Assembly (NCBI GenBank): GCA_963704645.1
Contig: OY969926.1
Location: forward strand, 288,001 to 352,000
Length of the DNA: 64,000 nt
Direction of reading: 5' to 3'
Origin: an uncultured bacterium
GTDB taxonomy: Bacteria > Patescibacteriota > JACMRA01
The notes under the pieces were generated by a model that did not search any database, was not told the DNA's origin, and saw only the letters and a program-made list of their open reading frames with translations. A program made the position numbers and the translations under genes. How positions within the stretch are numbered: position 1 is the stretch's first letter; the number at the start of each line of letters is the position of its first letter. Of the stretch, positions 59,808 through 64,000 are shown piece by piece.

Positions 59808-60617
59808 TTATGCCTCAACTTTTACCGTACTTTCTTTTAAATTAGGCTCTAGAACTTCTAAAAAAGTTTGGTTATATTCCGGGTGTTGGGTTCCCAATAA
59901 TCTGTCCCAAAAGTTAAAATATAAACTGTAGTTGTGGTTAAACTTTGAATGGTGCATATTATGGTGAGTGGGAGTATTAAAATACTTAGTAAATGGTTTA
60001 GTTACCCACCATTTTGGCATTACTTCATATCCTAAATGTGCATACATTGTGAACAATAAAATTCCACCAAATTGCCAAGTTAAAAACACTATTGGGTGAA
60101 GTGGAATAATGAAAACTATTAGGGGTAAAAATGCAAACTCAATTATAGTTTCCCATGGGTGAAAAGCGTAGCCTGTAAAAGGTGTTGGATCTTTAGAATT
60201 GTGATGCAGGCTATGAACTTTAGGCATTAATAGCTTGCTGTGCATCATACGGTGGAAGAAGTAAAAGTAGGTATCGTGAATAAAAAATACCAGAATAAAA
60301 GAAAATATTAAATACCAAATTCCTCCAAATTTGTTTATATCCGTATAAATTAAAGAATAATCTTTAGCTATAGCCCAAGCAATGGCCACAGTTACAAAAG
60401 CTAATAAAAATCTGTTAATGGCGCTCCAAATAATATCATGTTTAATTTTTTTATCTTCAAAAGGTTTGTTCTGAATTTTTCTTGCTGCAAAGTAATTTTT
60501 CATCCATTTGTTTGTTAGAAAATATAATAAGGCGGCAGGAACAAAAAAGATAATAAATCTTACAATAATTTCTAAAACAATTTCACTGGAAAGATAATTA
60601 AGAAAATCGGAAAGCAT
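59808..60617 (-). CDS. Sterol desaturase / fatty acid hydroxylase family protein
   Basis: His boxes HRMMH, HSLHH and HHNMHH; AFHPWE; FWDRLLGT; multiple TM. Confidence 0.93.
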   Translation of the reverse strand: MLSDFLNYLSSEIVLEIIVRFIIFFVPAALLYFLTNKWMKNYFAARKIQNKPFEDKKIKHDIIWSAINRFLLAFVTVAIAWAIAKDYSLIYTDINKFGGIWYLIFSFILVFFIHDTYFYFFHRMMHSKLLMPKVHSLHHNSKDPTPFTGYAFHPWETIIEFAFLPLIVFIIPLHPIVFLTWQFGGILLFTMYAHLGYEVMPKWWVTKPFTKYFNTPTHHNMHHSKFNHNYSLYFNFWDRLLGTQHPEYNQTFLEVLEPNLKESTVKVEA

Positions 60618-60887
60618 AGCGGTTTGTTAGTAATGGACAGATTGATTGTACCAAATTTGGTTAATGTCAAGATGAGTTTTTTAATAATTATTAGTTATAG
60701 TTTCTTAATATTTTTCTTAGAATCTTGCTTAAATATCCATCCGACAATTATTGTGTTTATCTGCCAAGAGTAAAGCAAGATCAAACCCTCCCATTTTGCA
60801 TTATTCAATAAGAAATTAGGTAAGTGTACCCTCACACCATATACCAAAAATGCAATAAAAAGCTCTTTGTTCTATCGTATTAATCCA

Positions 60888-60964
60888 CTTAGACCCTTAG
60901 GCCGACACTGACGCTGAGCCAAGCTCGGCTCGCACCAGCTTTTGAAACAAATTCAGGGTGACAG
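60888..60964 (+). repeat. Palindromic repeat copy 6 with a 46-bp nested insertion
   Basis: CTTAGACCCT[TAGGCCGACACTGACGCTGAGCCAAGCTCGGCTCGCACCAGCTTTT]GAAACAAATTCAGGGTGACAG. Confidence 0.88.
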
Positions 60965-61047
60965 TTTACTATGACATTAGGTTATAATTGCCAGAAATGC
61001 GATGAATTTTGGACTTGACAAACTTGGCCAATTTTATCAGTGCTAAA

Positions 61048-61074
61048 TTAGCACTCTAGTTTATTGGTTGCTAA
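61048..61074 (+). promoter_or_regulatory. CIRCE element (HrcA operator)
   Basis: TTAGCACTC-N9-GGTTGCTAA upstream of groES; extra half-site CAGTGCTAA at 61038-61046; TTGACA at 61015. Confidence 0.85.
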
Positions 61075-61166
61075 AATAGAAATTTAAGGGTACAATTGCA
61101 AAAGCCTTTGTTTCAACATTTTAGTTAATTAAAAACAGGGGCAAAAATAAAACTTATTTAAATTAT

Positions 61167-61463
61167 ATGACTATTAAACCCATAGGAAACAGACTTGTAG
61201 TAGAGCTGGTAAAGCAAAAAACTACATCTACTTCTGGAATTATTCTTTCTGCTGAAGAAAAAAACGAACAAGCTGTTGGTAGAATTATTGCCATTGGTAA
61301 CGGCTTGGGCTCCGATGAAAATATTACCAATTTAGGTTTAAACATTGGTGATAAAGTTCTATTCGGTAAATATGCAGGCGAAGAAATTCAAGATTCAACC
61401 GATGAAAACAAAATATATAAAATTTTAAAAGCTACTGATGTTTTAGCTACAATTCAAGTATAA
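61167..61463 (+). CDS. groES: Co-chaperonin GroES
   Basis: IKPIGNRLVV, TSGIIL, GDKVLFGKYAG. Confidence 0.97.
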   Translation: MTIKPIGNRLVVELVKQKTTSTSGIILSAEEKNEQAVGRIIAIGNGLGSDENITNLGLNIGDKVLFGKYAGEEIQDSTDENKIYKILKATDVLATIQV

Positions 61464-61511
61464 AATACTAACACTTAATCACAAAAATCAATCTTAAAAA
61501 AATTTAAAACT

Positions 61512-63143
61512 ATGTCTAAAAAAATTGTAAAATTCGGCTCTGAAGCTAGAAAAGCTATTCAAAGCGGTGTAAATACTGTTGTTAAAGCAGTTCAAAGTTC
61601 CTATGGCCCACAAGGAAGAACCAGTATTATTGGTCAAAGCTATGGCGCTCCAAATATTTCTAACGATGGAGTAACTATTGCTAAAGCTATTGAGTTAGAT
61701 GGTTTAGAGCAGTTGGGTGTTAGTGTAATTCAACAAGCAGCCTCCAAAACCAACGATGTTGCTGGAGATGGAACAACTTCTACCACAATTATTGCTGGTT
61801 CAATTATTAACGAAGGAATAAAAGTTGTTGAAGCAGGCTCTGACCCTGTGAAAGTAAGAATTGGTATTCAAAAAGCTGCCAGCTTTACTTTAGAGAAGCT
61901 AAATTCTATGGCTAAAACCATTCAGACTGAAGAAGAAATGGCCGATGTTGCTACAATTTCAAGTCGTAACCGTGATATTGGTTCTATGATTGCTAGAATG
62001 TTACAAACCGTTGGTAAAGACGGGGTTGTTACAATTCAAAATGGAGAAGGAAATACTATTGAAGAAGAGGTAACCAAGGGAATGCAATTTGATAAAGGTT
62101 ACAAGTCTCCATATTTTGTTACCGATACTTCCCGTATGGAAGCTGTCTACGAAAAGCCTCTAATTTTAATTACAGATAAAAAAGTAGTTTCTATTCAAGA
62201 AGTTATTCCAGTAATTGAGCAAATGGCCCAAGCAGGTAAAAAGGACTTGGTTATTATAGCCGAAGATGTTGAAGGTGAAGCCATGGCAACATTTATTCTG
62301 AATAAAATTAAGGGAATTTTTAATGTTCTAGCTATTCAAGCACCTGCTTTTGGAGAACGAAGAAAAGCCATGTTGGAAGACATTGCTGTGCTAACTGGTG
62401 CAACATTTATTTCATCAGATTTAGGAATGAATTTAAAGGCTGTTACTATAGAAGATCTTGGTTCGGCTGATAAAATAATTACTACAAAAGACACAACAAC
62501 AATTGTTGGTGGAAAAGGTGACAAGGTTGTTTTAGAAGAAAGAATTAATATTCTAAGACAGGGTGTAGCAGAAACAACCAGTGAATATGATAAAGAAAAA
62601 CTAGCTGAAAGACTTGCTAAACTTGCAGGTGGAGTTGGGGTTATTAAGGTAGGTGCAGCCACAGAAATGGAAATGAAAGAACTAAAATATTTGGTAGAAG
62701 ATGCATTAAATGCAACTAAAGCAGCTATTGCAGAAGGTGTTGTGCCAGGTGGAGCTTCCACTTTTGTAAGAATTGCTAAAGAGCTTGAAGCTTTAAATAG
62801 CACTAATGAAGACGAACAGGTTGGAATTAATATTTTCAAAAAGGCTTTGCTTGCACCATTTAGAGCTATTGCCCAGAACAATGGAATTTACGACATTTCT
62901 ATTTTGGTTAATCAAATTGAAAATTCTGGTAAATCTGGTTACGATTTCAACCAAATGAGAATGGTAGAAGATATGATTAAAGCTGGAATTATTGACCCAG
63001 TCTTGGTTCTAAAACAAGCTATATTAAACGGTTCAAGCGTAGCAGGCTCAGTAATTACAACAGAAGTAGCAGTAGCCGACGAACCAAAAGAAGAAGCTGG
63101 AAACGGAGGAGGAATGGGTGGTATGGGAGGAATGGATTACTAG
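61512..63143 (+). CDS. groEL: Chaperonin GroEL
   Basis: NDGVTIAK, AGDGTTS, GMQFDKGY, ERLAKLAGGV, GGMGGM tail. Confidence 0.99.
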   Translation: MSKKIVKFGSEARKAIQSGVNTVVKAVQSSYGPQGRTSIIGQSYGAPNISNDGVTIAKAIELDGLEQLGVSVIQQAASKTNDVAGDGTTSTTIIAGSIINEGIKVVEAGSDPVKVRIGIQKAASFTLEKLNSMAKTIQTEEEMADVATISSRNRDIGSMIARMLQTVGKDGVVTIQNGEGNTIEEEVTKGMQFDKGYKSPYFVTDTSRMEAVYEKPLILITDKKVVSIQEVIPVIEQMAQAGKKDLVIIAEDVEGEAMATFILNKIKGIFNVLAIQAPAFGERRKAMLEDIAVLTGATFISSDLGMNLKAVTIEDLGSADKIITTKDTTTIVGGKGDKVVLEERINILRQGVAETTSEYDKEKLAERLAKLAGGVGVIKVGAATEMEMKELKYLVEDALNATKAAIAEGVVPGGASTFVRIAKELEALNSTNEDEQVGINIFKKALLAPFRAIAQNNGIYDISILVNQIENSGKSGYDFNQMRMVEDMIKAGIIDPVLVLKQAILNGSSVAGSVITTEVAVADEPKEEAGNGGGMGGMGGMDY

Positions 63144-63166
63144 TAGCGGAACCCCCTGCGGTTCCG
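63143..63166 (+). repeat. GTAG-type REP-like hairpin abutting the groEL stop codon
   Basis: GTAG-CGGAACC-CCCTGC-GGTTCCG. Confidence 0.6.
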
Positions 63167-63254
63167 AAATCTGGAAATTATAAAACAAAAAGTGTTTAAT
63201 AAAAACAAAACAAAGACAAAGAAATAGAGGGCTTCGACCCTCTTAAAGTTTTTT

Positions 63255-63821
63255 TCAATTTTTAATTTCTTCAAGCGCTTCTCGAAGCTTATTAAAATGG
63301 TTTCCATTGAAACTTATAAGTGCTTGAAAGGTGCCTTGTGCTGTGCCCTCCCTATAAACAACATAGAAACTCTCTTCAACGTTTGGTCTAATCTCTAGTT
63401 GCATTAGTCCATGAGCTGATTCATAGCACACCCATATCGTACAGGTATTGTTATTTTGAATACAAATAATATCTGTGCCATTATAGACTCCATTTTTGAA
63501 TTTAATGTCGTAGCCTGAAAAATTTACCGTAGGCACTATTTTTCTGCTTGGAATGTTTACAATAGCGATGTGATAGTCTAAGGATGTAAAAGAAAAGCTG
63601 TTGAACCAGGAGTACAGTGGATCAAAATCGGAAAATTTTAGAATCCAACTATTAATTACTTCACTTACCAAAATTTTGCACCAAAAAACTACAATTACAA
63701 ATATAAGCATAAACTTTTGGTTTTTGCAAGAGTTTTTTATAGCTGATTGATAATCTTGTTTATATTGTATAGTGCTTTTCAGTTGGTTGGGTAATTTTTT
63801 TGTATAATCGACATTCCACAC
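63255..63821 (-). CDS. Hypothetical protein (start uncertain)
   Basis: 188-codon ORF; hairpin AGAGGG-CTTCGA-CCCTCT at 63226-63243 with a minus-strand T-rich tail; the GTG start abuts repeat copy 7. Confidence 0.45.
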   Translation of the reverse strand: MWNVDYTKKLPNQLKSTIQYKQDYQSAIKNSCKNQKFMLIFVIVVFWCKILVSEVINSWILKFSDFDPLYSWFNSFSFTSLDYHIAIVNIPSRKIVPTVNFSGYDIKFKNGVYNGTDIICIQNNNTCTIWVCYESAHGLMQLEIRPNVEESFYVVYREGTAQGTFQALISFNGNHFNKLREALEEIKN

Positions 63822-63898
63822 TTAGACCCTCAGGCCGAAACTGACGCTGAGCCAAGCTCAGCTCGCACCAGCTCATCTAAACAAGTTCAGGGCGACAG
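63821..63898 (+). repeat. Palindromic repeat copy 7 with a 47-bp nested insertion
   Basis: CTTAGACCCT[CAGGCCGAAACTGACGCTGAGCCAAGCTCAGCTCGCACCAGCTCATC]TAAACAAGTTCAGGGCGACAG. Confidence 0.88.
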
Positions 63899-64000
63899 GC
63901 TCTCTGCAGTTTTATGAAACGGGTAGGTAAAAGTTCACCGTGGTATGGATAAGCTCCAAAGTTCTTAATGTGAGTGGTGAGGCTCAAAGTTTATGTTTGT

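Noticed and set aside
875-62881. Many short antisense or alternate-frame ORFs in the track (e.g. 875-1117, 7511-7981, 11083-11361, 23033-23425, 55494-55829, 62336-62881)
   Set aside because: All or nearly all of each lies within a well-supported gene, and none shows recognisable motifs
16074-63898. 31-bp palindromic repeats as a CRISPR array
   Set aside because: Copies are kilobases apart, there are no regular spacers and no cas genes are present
1-64000. Alternative genetic code (TGA read as Gly or Trp)
   Set aside because: Long conserved genes translate fully in code 11 without internal TGA, and TGA ends ORFs directly before terminators (e.g. 19829, 22273)

Overview
Strongly AT-rich bacterial chromosomal window in the standard genetic code (TGA is used as a stop). 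It is most consistent with a Patescibacteria/CPR genome. This is an inference from the near absence of Shine-Dalgarno motifs before core genes, the scattered housekeeping genes, many highly diverged proteins and CPR-like membrane hypotheticals. Recognisable content: gatC, tgt, pheT, rsmH, rpsT, htpX, murT, secE-nusG, nrdB-nrdA (class Ia), infB, recA, groES-groEL with a CIRCE operator, rmuC, comF, three glycosyltransferases, MFS and ABC exporters, four CCA-encoding tRNAs (Gln, Pro, Arg, Gly) and a reduced RNase P RNA. No CRISPR array, transposase, integrase or prophage is visible. Main observations: (1) a seven-copy 31-bp palindromic repeat family; two copies carry the same nested ~46-bp second hairpin element, and one inverted pair brackets a lipid desaturase gene; (2) a locus centred on a ~1,230-aa membrane-anchored protein with three cell-wall-enzyme-like domains, non-canonical catalytic residues and a probable 1-nt frameshift near its 3' end; (3) promoters with a strong TTGACA -35 and a minimal nAnnnT -10, implying leaderless mRNAs and near-leaderless pre-tRNAs; (4) repeated loss of structural Cys-zinc sites (TGT, MurT, ComF) plus several eroded enzymes. 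All family assignments come from motif recognition by eye; no database search was run.
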